A DNA stretch of 64,000 nucleotides from an uncultured Eubacteriales bacterium (GCA_964505785.1 CAZDJZ010000003.1:168934-232933); one strand, 5' to 3'. Shown: positions 1 to 10,649, counted from the first letter of the stretch. Notes: a model not told the origin generated them from the sequence alone. A program made the numbers and translations.

Positions 1-2
1 CC

Positions 3-506
3 GATGAGCGCTTAATGCCCTACGGCCGCCGCTTCGGGCTGATATCAGATTATCATTGGGGCCGTTTTCAGGAAAAAAGAGAACGCATTCAAAAAGCCAT
101 GGATTTCTTGGCATCCAAAAAAATTAAAATGAAAAACGGGCAAGGCAGTCTGAAAGACTATCTCAAAAAACCCCAAGTCACCTTAGACGAGGTTTTTTCC
201 CATTATCACCCCGGTTTCGAGCTGGGCCAGGAAGAAAAACGCAGGGTGGAATCAGAAATAGTCTACGAAGGCTACCTAATCAAACAAGAAAAAGAAATTG
301 AACGAATGAAAAAGATCCAGGAGGACCGGATTCCTGACAGCCTGGATTTCAATAAAGTCCCCGGATTGACAACAGAAGCACGGGAAAAATTGAGGAAATT
401 CCAACCCAAAACTCTGGGAGAAGCCCATGCCATCCCGGGAATGACACCCGCCGCCATTCAAAACATCCATATCTACCTTAAATTATCCGCAAAACCAAAA
501 AAGTAA
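3..506 (+). CDS. mnmG: tRNA modification enzyme MnmG/GidA, C-terminal part (runs off window start)
   Basis: Frame open from window start; GidA C-terminal motifs YEGYL..Q, GLTTEAREKL, TLGEA..IPGMTPAA; lies upstream of parAB. Confidence 0.9.
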   Translation, partial: DERLMPYGRRFGLISDYHWGRFQEKRERIQKAMDFLASKKIKMKNGQGSLKDYLKKPQVTLDEVFSHYHPGFELGQEEKRRVESEIVYEGYLIKQEKEIERMKKIQEDRIPDSLDFNKVPGLTTEAREKLRKFQPKTLGEAHAIPGMTPAAIQNIHIYLKLSAKPKK

Positions 507-621
507 ATCACAAAACAGCTTTACGCCTGAACAATATAATTCGGCAAGCACTGACTTTATCGGCCCCGAAATGATAATTTAACTTTTCACTTTCCACACT
601 TTATGTTAAATTATGACAAAA

Positions 622-637
622 TGTTTCACGTGGAACA
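622..637. promoter_or_regulatory. parS centromere site
   Basis: TGTTTCACGTGGAACA matches the parS consensus TGTTNCACGTGAAACA-type palindrome; ends 9 bp before the parA ATG. Confidence 0.9.
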
Positions 638-646
638 CTTATTATC

Positions 647-1405
647 ATGAGCCATAAAATTATAGCTGTTGCCAATCAAAAAGGAGGCGTCGGGAAAACC
701 ACCACCGCCATAAACCTCGGGGCTTCTCTTGCGCTCAAAAAAAACCGGGTGCTGATTGTAGATTTTGACCCCCAGGGAATGGCTACCGCGGGCTTAGGCG
801 TGGAAAAGGAGCTGGATAAGGGTATTTATCCGGCATTGATGAACGGAGATTACCTGATGGATTATGTCATACCGACAGAAGTGGATAATTTTTATCTCTG
901 CCCTTGTTCTCCCGAGCTTTCAGGATTTGAAGCGGAAATATACAATGAACCTCATCGTGAAAAACGCTTAAAGGACGTTTTGGAAAGAATCCGGAAGTTA
1001 TTCAATTTCATATTGATTGATTGCCCCCCGTCGCTTGGGTTCTTGACGATAAACGCCCTGACTGCGGCGGATTCGGTTTTAATTCCAGTTCAAACTGAAT
1101 TTTTTTGCATGGAAGGGATGCCTGAGCTTCTCCGGACACTGGATCAAGTCCGGTCGTATCTTAATTCCTCTCTCGCCATTGAGGGAATTGTATTGACCAT
1201 GTATGATGAAAGGACGAATCTTTCCAAGCAGGTTTCGGAAGAAATCCGGCGTTCTTTACAGGGAATTGTTTTTGATTCCATCGTGCCGCGCACGGTTAAG
1301 CTTGCCGAAGCCCCCAGCTTTGGAAAGCCTGTTCTTTTATATGACATAAAATCTAAAGGGGCTCAGTCATATTTAAATTTAGCCCAGGAGTTTTTACAAT
1401 CATGA
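647..1405 (+). CDS. parA: Chromosome partitioning ATPase ParA/Soj
   Basis: NQKGGVGKTT deviant Walker A, DPQG, IDCPPSLG, LAEAPSFG. Confidence 0.95.
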   Translation: MSHKIIAVANQKGGVGKTTTAINLGASLALKKNRVLIVDFDPQGMATAGLGVEKELDKGIYPALMNGDYLMDYVIPTEVDNFYLCPCSPELSGFEAEIYNEPHREKRLKDVLERIRKLFNFILIDCPPSLGFLTINALTAADSVLIPVQTEFFCMEGMPELLRTLDQVRSYLNSSLAIEGIVLTMYDERTNLSKQVSEEIRRSLQGIVFDSIVPRTVKLAEAPSFGKPVLLYDIKSKGAQSYLNLAQEFLQS

Positions 1406-2241
1406 AGAAGAAAGCGCTTGGTAAAGGCTTGAAAGCTTTTTTACCCGAAGACTACGGAATTCTGAAAGAAGAACGCTTTGCAGAATTAGACCTGGACCTT
1501 CTTAAGCCGAGTTCAGAACAGCCCCGAACCCATTTTGATCCAAAAGCAATAGATGAATTAGCGAAATCCATTAAGGAGTCCGGCGTCCTTCAGCCTATTG
1601 TGGTGGTTCCGGAACTTGACCACTATAAAATCATTGTCGGGGAACGCCGCTGGCGGGCGGCTCAAAAGGCCGGGTTGGAAAAAATTCCAGCATTAATCAG
1701 GCCTATGGGCATAGAAAAGCAACTGGAAATATCCTTAGTGGAAAATCTTCAGCGGGAAGACTTAAACCCCATGGAAGTGGCTTCGGCCTACCACCGGATG
1801 GCTGAAGAATTAAATTATACACAGGAAGATATTGCAATAAAGGTTGGTAAAGACAGGGCTTCCATTGCTAATTATATGCGCCTTCTGAAATTGCCCGGCG
1901 CCATTCAAAAAATGCTGTCAGAAGAGACCCTTTCCATGGGCCATGCCCGCGCGCTTTTAGGGATTGAAGATCCAGACAGGCAGCGCGCCGTGGCATCGCA
2001 AATCGCTCAACAAAATTTATCCGTAAGGACCGTCGAAAAAATCGCCAAATCCGAAAAGGATATGCGTTCCAAGCCCAAAAAACCCACTAAAGACCCGGAC
2101 CTTCTTGCCCTGCAGGATGAAATGATCAAACTTCTAGGCACCAAAGTCGATATCTCCGGAACATCCCAAAAAGGGACGGTCAAGATCAGTTATTACTCCC
2201 TCGAAGAATTGAATCGTATATTTAAAACCATTAAAAAATAA
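1402..2241 (+). CDS. parB: Chromosome partitioning protein ParB/Spo0J
   Basis: N-terminal LGKGL, GERRWRA, ENLQREDL, HTH region, GHARAL. Confidence 0.95.
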   Translation: MKKKALGKGLKAFLPEDYGILKEERFAELDLDLLKPSSEQPRTHFDPKAIDELAKSIKESGVLQPIVVVPELDHYKIIVGERRWRAAQKAGLEKIPALIRPMGIEKQLEISLVENLQREDLNPMEVASAYHRMAEELNYTQEDIAIKVGKDRASIANYMRLLKLPGAIQKMLSEETLSMGHARALLGIEDPDRQRAVASQIAQQNLSVRTVEKIAKSEKDMRSKPKKPTKDPDLLALQDEMIKLLGTKVDISGTSQKGTVKISYYSLEELNRIFKTIKK

Positions 2242-2253
2242 AGGAGAATATAA

Positions 2254-2679
2254 TTGAAAGACAAAAAAGAATATGATGAAAATAAAATCACAGGATTCTT
2301 TGATAAGGAAACCAATATTCAAGGTGACCTTTCATTTAAGGGTTCCTTCCGTATAGACGGAAATTTCAAGGGGAAAATCAAATCTGAATCAATTCTCATA
2401 ATCGGCGATAACGGAAAGGTTGATGCAGATATTGATATCGGCTACATTATTATTGACGGGGAAATTAAGGGAAACATTCAGGCCAGAGAAAAAGTTGAAA
2501 TTCATTCCAAGGGGAAAGTTACTGGAACCATTATTTCCCCTAAACTCATCGTTGCGGAAGGTGCCTTCCTGGAAGCCAATTGCCAGACAACCGATAAAAT
2601 CCCCGCCTCTTCACCGCCAAAAGCCGCTGAATCCCAACTCCCCCGGAAAAAAGAACCTGAGGCAGAAGCTAAGCCTTGA
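2254..2679 (+). CDS. Bactofilin (polymer-forming cytoskeletal protein)
   Basis: Beta-helix repeats (IDGNFKGKI, IIDGEIKGNI, GKVTGTI, EGAFLEANC); GGAG RBS, TTG start. Confidence 0.85.
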   Translation: MKDKKEYDENKITGFFDKETNIQGDLSFKGSFRIDGNFKGKIKSESILIIGDNGKVDADIDIGYIIIDGEIKGNIQAREKVEIHSKGKVTGTIISPKLIVAEGAFLEANCQTTDKIPASSPPKAAESQLPRKKEPEAEAKP

Positions 2680-3407
2680 AATCTGCTGCCGGAATCATTC
2701 CCGCCCGCTTTAAGTCTGTTCGCTTTCCTGGAAAACCTCTGGCACCCATACTCGGGAAACCTATGCTGCAGCATGTCTACGAGCGGGCCCTTCAGGCCCA
2801 AGGACTGCAAAAACTTGTTATTGCAACGGATGATCAACGGATAATCTCAGCTGCTCAAGAATTTGGTGCCGATGCGGTTATGACTTCGCCCAAGCATAAA
2901 TCTGGAACGGAACGGGTTGCTGAAGCAGCAAAAGATATGGATTTTGATATCATTCTCAATATTCAAGGCGATGAACCTCTATTAAACCCCGAATGGATTG
3001 ATAAATTGATTGAAGCCCTCCAGAATGAATCCACTTCTATGGCTACTCTCCGGCGCCGCGGTTCCTCGTCCGAAGAATTTTTGGATAAAAATTGCGTAAA
3101 AATTATCTTGAATAAACATGAAAACGCGCTTTATTTTTCACGCTCCCCCGTGCCCAATGATTCCCATTCCGCTTATTGGGTGCATGTAGGTCTTTATGGG
3201 TTTAAAAAAGAATTTTTAAATATTTTCACCCGCCTGTCTCCAAGCTGTTTGGAAAAAGCCGAATGTTTGGAACAACTCCGGGTGCTTGAAAACGGATATT
3301 CAATCAAAACCGTAGAAATCCATGATTCCAGCTTGAGTGTCGATGTCCCGCAGGATATAATCAAAGTGGAACAAAAATTGAAAACACAAATGGAAAAAAA
3401 TGACTAA
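2676..3407 (+). CDS. kdsB: CMP-Kdo synthetase
   Basis: IPARFKSVRFPGKPL, SGTERVAE, NIQGDEP, LEQLRVLENG. Confidence 0.95.
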   Translation: MKSAAGIIPARFKSVRFPGKPLAPILGKPMLQHVYERALQAQGLQKLVIATDDQRIISAAQEFGADAVMTSPKHKSGTERVAEAAKDMDFDIILNIQGDEPLLNPEWIDKLIEALQNESTSMATLRRRGSSSEEFLDKNCVKIILNKHENALYFSRSPVPNDSHSAYWVHVGLYGFKKEFLNIFTRLSPSCLEKAECLEQLRVLENGYSIKTVEIHDSSLSVDVPQDIIKVEQKLKTQMEKND

Positions 3408-5016
3408 GTTTATTTTCGTTACCGGCGGTGTTTTATCCGCACTCGGAAAGGGTATAGCGGCTGCATCTATTGGCCGGCTTTTGGAAAGCCATGGATATAA
3501 TATCACCATAAAAAAATTCGATCCCTATTTAAATGTGGATCCCGGGACCATGAACCCGTTTCAGCATGGAGAAGTCTATGTGACCGATGACGGGGCAGAA
3601 ACCGACTTGGATTTGGGCCATTATGAACGCTTTACTTCAACACGCACATCCAAAGCGCATAATTGGACCGCCGGCAAAATATACGAATCTATTCTTCGGA
3701 AAGAACGCCAGGGTAAATACCTTGGAAAAACCGTTCAGGTCATCCCTCATGTTACAAACGAAATCCAAAAAGCCTTCCGGGCGGCTGCAGAAGATAATGA
3801 CATTGTTATCATAGAGATAGGGGGGACTGTCGGTGATATTGAGGGCCAGCCTTTTTTGGAAGCCACCAGGCAAATGCGGTTATCCTTGGGCCCGGGAGGA
3901 ACTCTATTTGTCCATTTAACCCTGGTTCCCTATATGCAGACTTCCGGCGAATTAAAAACCAAACCTACTCAGCACAGCGTCCGGGAACTCCGTACTATCG
4001 GTATTCAGCCGGATATTCTTCTTTGCCGCACCAGCCGTTTTCTCAGCCGAGAATTGAAAACCAAGATATCACTTTTCACGAATGTGCCGCTTGAAGCAGT
4101 CATAACAGCTAAAGATGTCGCTAATATTTATGAAATTCCCTTGGTTTTTGCCAGGCAAAAATTAGATGCGATTATCTTAAAAAAACTTGAGCTTCCGGTT
4201 AAAAAAAGAAATTTATCCCGCTGGACAAGAATGGTCAAGCGAATGAATTCCCCTCAGGATCATGTCTCTATCGCTATCGTAGGGAAATATGCCGGACTGC
4301 AGGACTCCTACCTCAGCTTAAAGCAAGCTTTGGTACACGCCGCTACCGCCCATCATTTATGTGTGGATATATCCTGGATCGAAGCTGAACATATCGAAAA
4401 AAACGGGGTTGAGACAATGCTTTGCAATGTCGACGGCATTCTGGTTCCCGGAGGCTTCGGACACCGCGGAATTGAAGGAAAGATTCAATCGGTGACATAT
4501 GCCCGGAATCAAAAAATTCCCTTCTTCGGCATCTGTTTAGGCATGCAATGCGCAACAATCGAATTCGCCCGCAATATTGCAAATCTCAAGGAAGCCAACA
4601 GCACGGAATTTAATATCCGCACCAACCATAAATTATTTTTCAAATGGAGAGAGCTTAAAGGAGTCAAGGATTTGGGAGGAACGATGCGCTTGGGGGAATA
4701 CCTATGTCGAGTGAAACCCGGCACACTCGCTGCCCATATATATAAAAAGACAAAAATATATGAGCGTCACCGGCATCGTTTCGAATTCAATCCTGCCTAT
4801 GAAAAAATTCTCCAGGAAAAAGGACTCATCATTTCTGGGAAAAACCCGGATCATGAATTGGTTGAAATCATAGAACTCGATCATCATCCTTGGTTTCTCG
4901 GCTGCCAATTCCACCCGGAATTTAAATCCAAGCCTCTTGACCCTCATCCCATATTTAAATCCTTTATCGGAGCGAGTTATGATATCCGCACCCAACGAAA
5001 TCAAGCTCCATCCTAA
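3400..5016 (+). CDS. pyrG: CTP synthase
   Basis: FVTGGVLSALGKG, DPYLNVDPGTM, GICLGMQ, QFHPEF. Confidence 0.97.
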   Translation: MTKFIFVTGGVLSALGKGIAAASIGRLLESHGYNITIKKFDPYLNVDPGTMNPFQHGEVYVTDDGAETDLDLGHYERFTSTRTSKAHNWTAGKIYESILRKERQGKYLGKTVQVIPHVTNEIQKAFRAAAEDNDIVIIEIGGTVGDIEGQPFLEATRQMRLSLGPGGTLFVHLTLVPYMQTSGELKTKPTQHSVRELRTIGIQPDILLCRTSRFLSRELKTKISLFTNVPLEAVITAKDVANIYEIPLVFARQKLDAIILKKLELPVKKRNLSRWTRMVKRMNSPQDHVSIAIVGKYAGLQDSYLSLKQALVHAATAHHLCVDISWIEAEHIEKNGVETMLCNVDGILVPGGFGHRGIEGKIQSVTYARNQKIPFFGICLGMQCATIEFARNIANLKEANSTEFNIRTNHKLFFKWRELKGVKDLGGTMRLGEYLCRVKPGTLAAHIYKKTKIYERHRHRFEFNPAYEKILQEKGLIISGKNPDHELVEIIELDHHPWFLGCQFHPEFKSKPLDPHPIFKSFIGASYDIRTQRNQAPS

Positions 5017-5839
5017 TATCCGTTTAGGAGGGCCTTCATTTTTTCTAATCGCCGGCCCCTGTGTTATTGAAAGCCGCGATCATGCTATGAATCTAGCCGG
5101 CCGGATTCAATCTATCTGCCGCGACTTATCGGTTCCTTTTATTTTTAAAGCATCATTTGATAAGGCGAATCGTTCTTCTATCGAGTCATACCGCGGTCCG
5201 GGAATCAAAGCCGGATTGGAAATACTTTCAGAGATAAAAAATGAATATCATCTGCCAGTCACTTCGGATGTCCATGAGACCGTTCAAATTGAAACCGTCG
5301 CACCCGTCTTGGATATCATCCAGATTCCTGCGTTTCTCAGCCGCCAGACCGATCTCATCATTGAAGCAGCCCGGAGCGGTAAACCAGTGAATATAAAGAA
5401 AGGCCAATTTTTATCTCCTTATGATATGAAAAATGTGCTGGAAAAGGCACTCAGTCAAAACAACCGTAAAATCATTCTGACTGAACGGGGAGCCAGTTTT
5501 GGATACAATAATTTGGTCTTTGATGTCCGATCTATCCCCATTATGAAAAAGTGGGGATTCCCTGTTGTTATTGATTCCTCCCACAGCGTCCAAAAGCCCG
5601 GAGGCCAAGGCTCCTTATCCGGCGGTGACGCTGAATTTATTCCCTTTATCGCGCGCGCCGGAATAAGCGTTGGGGCGAATGGTCTATTCTTGGAAGTGCA
5701 CGACAATCCGGCGGACGCCCTCTCGGACAAGCATAACTCTTTGAATATAAATGACTTAAAGAATGTATTGCGCATGCTTATACGTATTCAGAAAGCCATA
5801 AATACTATCCCTGAAACCGGTGAAACGAGCTATGACTAA
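4979..5839 (+). CDS. kdsA: Kdo-8-phosphate synthase
   Basis: AGPCVIES, KASFDKANRSS, QIPAFLSRQTDL, KKGQF; start moved to ATG 4979 (GGAG RBS). Confidence 0.95.
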   Translation: MISAPNEIKLHPNIRLGGPSFFLIAGPCVIESRDHAMNLAGRIQSICRDLSVPFIFKASFDKANRSSIESYRGPGIKAGLEILSEIKNEYHLPVTSDVHETVQIETVAPVLDIIQIPAFLSRQTDLIIEAARSGKPVNIKKGQFLSPYDMKNVLEKALSQNNRKIILTERGASFGYNNLVFDVRSIPIMKKWGFPVVIDSSHSVQKPGGQGSLSGGDAEFIPFIARAGISVGANGLFLEVHDNPADALSDKHNSLNINDLKNVLRMLIRIQKAINTIPETGETSYD

Positions 5840-6803
5840 AGAACAAATCACAAAATGGGGCCGGGAGGTTTTGTATATTGAATCTCAGGCCGTAAAGGAT
5901 ATCGCAGACCGGCTGGATCAAAACTTTGCCGAAGCGGTGGAAATTCTGTACCAAACCGAAGCCCGGGTCATCATCACCGGGATCGGAAAATCCGGATTGG
6001 TGGGCCGGAAAATTGCGGCCACACTATCAAGCTGCGGAACACCGGCTCTGTTCGTTCATCCAGTTGAAGCCGGCCATGGAGACCTGGGAATGATTGTCGC
6101 CAAAGATGTCATGCTGGCCATCTCTTACAGCGGCAATACGCGGGAAATAGTCCCCATTCTGGACTTTGTCAAACGAATCGGAATAAAACTCATCAGCATT
6201 ACGGGAAATCCTCAATCCATGCTTGCCAAGTATTCCGATGTGGTTTTAGACGCCCGGGTGGAAAAAGAAGCGGAACCGAGCGGAGTAATCCCAACCGCCA
6301 GCTCCACCGCCGCTCTGGCCATAGGAGACGCTCTGTCCATCTCCTTAATGAAAAAGAAAGGATTTAATGAACAGGATTTTTCTTATTTTCATCCCAGGGG
6401 GCAAGCCGGCAAAAAACTTGTCCGAATAAAAAGCTTGATGCACAAAGGACAACAAATACCATCCGTTTCCCCCGGCACTTCCATTCAGCTCGTCCTGAAT
6501 GAAATATCACAAAAACAGTTCGGGATGACCTGCGTAGCCGATGAAAAGGGAACTCTTCTCGGTATTATAACGGATGGAGACCTAAGACGAAACCTGGAGC
6601 GGTTCGGCCAAGCTCTTCTGGAGAAATCCGCAGGAGACTGCATGACTGTCCATCCTCTGGTCATCGATAAAGACGCCCTGGCCACCGAAGCCCTGAATGT
6701 GATGGAAGAAAATAAGGTGACCGCTCTGGTGGTGAAGAATAAACTCAATCAAGCAGAAGGGATCATTCATCTTCATGATCTATGGCGAACGGAGATGTTC
6801 TGA
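5832..6803 (+). CDS. kdsD: Arabinose-5-phosphate isomerase (SIS + CBS domains)
   Basis: GIGKSG, HPVEAGHGDLG, PTAS, GIITDGDLRR, GIIHLHD. Confidence 0.93.
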   Translation: MTKEQITKWGREVLYIESQAVKDIADRLDQNFAEAVEILYQTEARVIITGIGKSGLVGRKIAATLSSCGTPALFVHPVEAGHGDLGMIVAKDVMLAISYSGNTREIVPILDFVKRIGIKLISITGNPQSMLAKYSDVVLDARVEKEAEPSGVIPTASSTAALAIGDALSISLMKKKGFNEQDFSYFHPRGQAGKKLVRIKSLMHKGQQIPSVSPGTSIQLVLNEISQKQFGMTCVADEKGTLLGIITDGDLRRNLERFGQALLEKSAGDCMTVHPLVIDKDALATEALNVMEENKVTALVVKNKLNQAEGIIHLHDLWRTEMF

Positions 6804-7339
6804 TGCAGTTAAAAAAACGGGCTGCGAAAATCAAAATGATCTTAACTGATGTGGACGGCACGCTCACCGATGGAACCGTTTTAGTTTTCCCTGACGGCGA
6901 AGAGCTTAAATGGTATAATGTCCGGGATGGGATGGGTATTCTTCTGGCTCATCTAACAGGGTTTAAAACAGGATTCATTACCGGGAAAATTTCCAGGCCG
7001 CTGGAAATTCGCGCAGAAAAGCTGCGTATTGATGAGCTTCATCAGGGTATCCTCAATAAAAAAGAAATTATGCAAAAAATTCAAAAGAAATATGATCTCA
7101 CCTGGGAAGAAACAGCTTTTATTGGAGATGACCTGGGCGACCTGGAAGCCCTCCAATTATGCGGCTTTTCCGGGGCTGTTGCAGATGCCCACCCACGAGT
7201 TAAACAAAACGTTCATTTTATCAGCCGGTTTCCCGGCGGTCGCGGAGCTGTCCGGGAATTTATTGATTTCATTTTTGATGCGCAGGATAAATGGGACCAG
7301 GTTGAATCAAAAATCGACAAATTGACCATAAAAGAATAA
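6803..7339 (+). CDS. kdsC: Kdo-8-phosphate phosphatase (HAD)
   Basis: DVDGTLTDG, RDGMG, IGDDLGD, GGRGAVRE; TGATG coupling to kdsD. Confidence 0.92.
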   Translation: MQLKKRAAKIKMILTDVDGTLTDGTVLVFPDGEELKWYNVRDGMGILLAHLTGFKTGFITGKISRPLEIRAEKLRIDELHQGILNKKEIMQKIQKKYDLTWEETAFIGDDLGDLEALQLCGFSGAVADAHPRVKQNVHFISRFPGGRGAVREFIDFIFDAQDKWDQVESKIDKLTIKE

Positions 7340-7359
7340 TTCATCAGAGGAGAAACAAC

Positions 7360-8733
7360 ATGAGTTTAAAACAGGATATATTCCGCCAATACGACATCCG
7401 GGGCAAAGTGGATAAGGATTTAACTCCAGAAACAGTCCGCCTTCTAGGCAGGGCAATCGGCACCTACTTTCATCGCAACGGCATTCAGCAAACCGCGCTA
7501 GGCAGGGATTGCCGCCTCAGCTCCCCAGCCTTTTCCGATTACTTGAGCGAAGGGCTTATGTCCACCGGATGCGATGTGATTGACTTGGGCACTGTCCCCA
7601 CTCCACTGCTCTACTTCAGTATTTATACCAAAGATTATGCTTCAGGCGTAATGATAACCGGATCTCATAACCCCCCTGAATATAATGGTTTCAAAATGAT
7701 GCTGGGGAAAAAGACTCTTTACGGAGACAGCATTCAAGATATATTCCGTCTGGTCCAAAACAAGGATTTTGTGTCTGCCTCGCCGGGTGAAAAATCCAGC
7801 TATAATATTGTGCCGGAATACCTTGATTATGTCGTCAGTCATATCAAAATGGGGCCCCGGAAAATCAAGCTGGCCGTAGACGCAGGAAACGGGACCGGCG
7901 GCGCAGTCGCGGTTCCGATTTTCAAAAAACTAGGCTGCAGCATTACAGAACTTTATTGTGAAATGGACGGCCATTTTCCCAACCACCATCCGGATCCCAC
8001 TGTTCCTGAAGCCCTTGAGGATCTGATTCGGACGGTAAAAAATTCTGATCTGGACCTCGGCATTGCTTACGACGGTGACAGCGACAGGATCGGAGTCATC
8101 GATGAAAAAGGACAAATCATTTGGGGGGATAAACTCATGATCCTCCTGTCCCGCGATATTCTTCCATCTCATCCCGGAGCCGCCGTTATTTCGGAAGTTA
8201 AAGCATCTCAACTGCTATACGACGAAATCGAAAAACTGGGAGGGCGCCCCATAATGTGGAAAACCGGGCATTCTCTTATCAAGCAAAAAATTCAGGAAGA
8301 AAACGCCATCCTTGCCGGTGAAATGAGCGGCCATATCTTTTTTAACGACCGGTTTTTCGGTTTTGATGACGCCATATATTCATCCGCCCGTGTCGTGGAG
8401 CTTCTCTCACATAAAAAAGTTCCCTTATCCCATCTTTTAGATGATCTTCCGGAAATGTACAGCACGCCGGAACTCAGGGTTTATGCTACCGATCAAGTTA
8501 AATTCAAAATCGTTGAGCTAGTCAAGAACCGGCTGGCCGAAAACCATCACGTCATCGATATAGACGGGGTTCGTGCTCAGTTTTCGAATGGATGGGGACT
8601 GGTCCGGGCATCCAATACCCAGGAAGCGCTGGTTCTCCGCTTTGAAGCTAAAACTCAACAAGAACTTCAGTCTATTCGCGAACAAGTCGAAAAACTCATC
8701 GAAGACGTCATCCGAAAGCTGGATCAATCTTGA
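7360..8733 (+). CDS. Phosphomannomutase/phosphoglucomutase
   Basis: FRQYDIRG, TGSHNP, DGDSDR, GEMSGH, RASNT. Confidence 0.93.
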   Translation: MSLKQDIFRQYDIRGKVDKDLTPETVRLLGRAIGTYFHRNGIQQTALGRDCRLSSPAFSDYLSEGLMSTGCDVIDLGTVPTPLLYFSIYTKDYASGVMITGSHNPPEYNGFKMMLGKKTLYGDSIQDIFRLVQNKDFVSASPGEKSSYNIVPEYLDYVVSHIKMGPRKIKLAVDAGNGTGGAVAVPIFKKLGCSITELYCEMDGHFPNHHPDPTVPEALEDLIRTVKNSDLDLGIAYDGDSDRIGVIDEKGQIIWGDKLMILLSRDILPSHPGAAVISEVKASQLLYDEIEKLGGRPIMWKTGHSLIKQKIQEENAILAGEMSGHIFFNDRFFGFDDAIYSSARVVELLSHKKVPLSHLLDDLPEMYSTPELRVYATDQVKFKIVELVKNRLAENHHVIDIDGVRAQFSNGWGLVRASNTQEALVLRFEAKTQQELQSIREQVEKLIEDVIRKLDQS

Positions 8734-9530
8734 AATTTATTCATGTCATTCTTCTGGCCTTCATTCAGGGCTTGACCGAATTTTTTCCAGTCAGCAGCTC
8801 CGGTCATTTGGTGATTTTTCAACATATATTCGGATTGAAGGACCCTGAAATTTTTTTAGACGTAATGCTTCATGTCGGAACATTGTTAAGCTTGCTTTTC
8901 TTCCTTCGTTTAGAAATCCGGGATATTTCACTAAGCCTGTTCCGTTATGGATTTCATCCCCGTAAGGGGTGGAATAACCCCCATTATAGAATGCTGGTTT
9001 ACCTTATCACGGCGTCTATTCCTACATTCCTTATGGGATATTTTTTCAGTGGTTTTTTCGAATCGTTGTTTGAATCGCCCCGTTCGGTTGGCTTTGCTTT
9101 GCTTGGGACAGCCCTTCTTTTGTTCTTAACCCGGTTTGCATCCCGTCATAAAGAACAGTTTCCAGCCCACCCGATTCTGATCGGTATTTTTCAGGGCGCC
9201 GCCATTATCCCCGGCCTTTCCCGGTCCGGGCTCACAATCGGAAGCGCACTGCTTTTTGGCTGGGAAAGGGAACGGGCCGCCCGTTTTTCTTTTCTCTTAT
9301 CTATTCCAGCTATCTTGGGTGCTTCTCTTTTTCAGTACCTTAAGATCGATTCATCCGCACAGCCGTGGCTTCTTATTCTAACCGGAGTTTTAGTATCGGC
9401 TTCTGTAGGATACGCGGCACTGCTTAGTTTATATAAAATTGTCCAGCGCGGAAAGTTTTATGTTTTCGCCTATTACTGTCTGGCTGCGGCCCTTCTGATA
9501 TTATTTTATACGTGGGTCTCAGCTCCATAA
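8730..9530 (+). CDS. uppP: Undecaprenyl-diphosphate phosphatase
   Basis: QGLTEFFPVSSSGH, PGLSRSG, ARFSFLLSIP; multi-TM. Confidence 0.93.
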   Translation: MKFIHVILLAFIQGLTEFFPVSSSGHLVIFQHIFGLKDPEIFLDVMLHVGTLLSLLFFLRLEIRDISLSLFRYGFHPRKGWNNPHYRMLVYLITASIPTFLMGYFFSGFFESLFESPRSVGFALLGTALLLFLTRFASRHKEQFPAHPILIGIFQGAAIIPGLSRSGLTIGSALLFGWERERAARFSFLLSIPAILGASLFQYLKIDSSAQPWLLILTGVLVSASVGYAALLSLYKIVQRGKFYVFAYYCLAAALLILFYTWVSAP

Positions 9531-9553
9531 TAAATACAAAACACGAGGAGACT

Positions 9554-10624
9554 ATGAACAGATATGCCGTTATTATGGCCGGCGGAGTTGGAACCCGGTT
9601 TTGGCCCTTGAGCCGCACCCGGCAACCCAAGCAGTTTCTTCCCATTATCAGTGAACGCACCATGCTGGAAGAAACCATCCGGCGGATCGAGCCGATTATT
9701 TCCTTGGATAACATTGTCACCATCGCAAACCTTGAGCATTCTGAAGTCATTCAACGGATTTTCCCTGACCTCCCCAAAGAAAACGTCTTGGTTGAACCGG
9801 CAGGGAAAAATACAGCACCCTGCCTCCTCCTGGCGACCGCCGGTATTTACCAGCGTGACCCCAACGCCGTAATCTCAGTCCTTCCCGCGGATCACCTCAT
9901 TCGAAAACCGGATGTCTTCAGAGAAAAGCTGGCAGCGGCGTCAACAGCGGCCAGCCAAACCGGGGATTTGATCACATTCGGCATCCCCCCATCTTATCCG
10001 GCGACCGGGTACGGCTACATCCGCTTTGACCGGACGCATTCCCGCCGCATACAAAATGAACCGTTTTTTTCTGTCCGGGAGTTCAAGGAGAAGCCCGGCC
10101 GGGATAAGGCGGAGGAATTTCTCCATGCCGGGACATATTACTGGAATTCAGGTATGTTTATCTGGCGGGCGGATGCCTTTGCCGAAAAAATAAACAAATA
10201 CGCCGTTGACTGGGCCCCCTTCTGGGAAGAAATTCTGGAAGCCTATCCTGACCCCGATCAGGTCAAGGCTCTATATGAAAAAATGCCGGCGATTTCCATC
10301 GATTACGCTTTGATGGAACGGGCATCCGGTGTGCTGATGGCTGAAGGAGATTTTGGCTGGTCCGATGTCGGAGCCTGGTCATCTCTCTTCGAGGTTTGGC
10401 CCTTAGATGAAAACAAGAATGCTCTGCGCACGGAAGGGATCATCATTGATTCAAACAACAACCTGGTGCATAATCCGGATCAATTGACCGCCCTGGTAGG
10501 TGTTCACGACCTGCTGGTGGTCAACACCGGTGACGTCCTTTTAATCTGCCGGAAAGATTTGGATCAAAAAGTAAAGGATATCGTTAACCTTTTGAAAAAG
10601 CAGAAAAAAAATCAATATCTCTAA
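9554..10624 (+). CDS. manC: Mannose-1-phosphate guanylyltransferase
   Basis: MAGGVGTRFWPLSR, PKQFL, WNSGMF, SIDYALME, WSDVG; GAGGAG RBS before ATG 9554. Confidence 0.9.
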   Translation: MNRYAVIMAGGVGTRFWPLSRTRQPKQFLPIISERTMLEETIRRIEPIISLDNIVTIANLEHSEVIQRIFPDLPKENVLVEPAGKNTAPCLLLATAGIYQRDPNAVISVLPADHLIRKPDVFREKLAAASTAASQTGDLITFGIPPSYPATGYGYIRFDRTHSRRIQNEPFFSVREFKEKPGRDKAEEFLHAGTYYWNSGMFIWRADAFAEKINKYAVDWAPFWEEILEAYPDPDQVKALYEKMPAISIDYALMERASGVLMAEGDFGWSDVGAWSSLFEVWPLDENKNALRTEGIIIDSNNNLVHNPDQLTALVGVHDLLVVNTGDVLLICRKDLDQKVKDIVNLLKKQKKNQYL

Positions 10625-10649
10625 GCCTGAGTTATTCTCAATGCATCTG

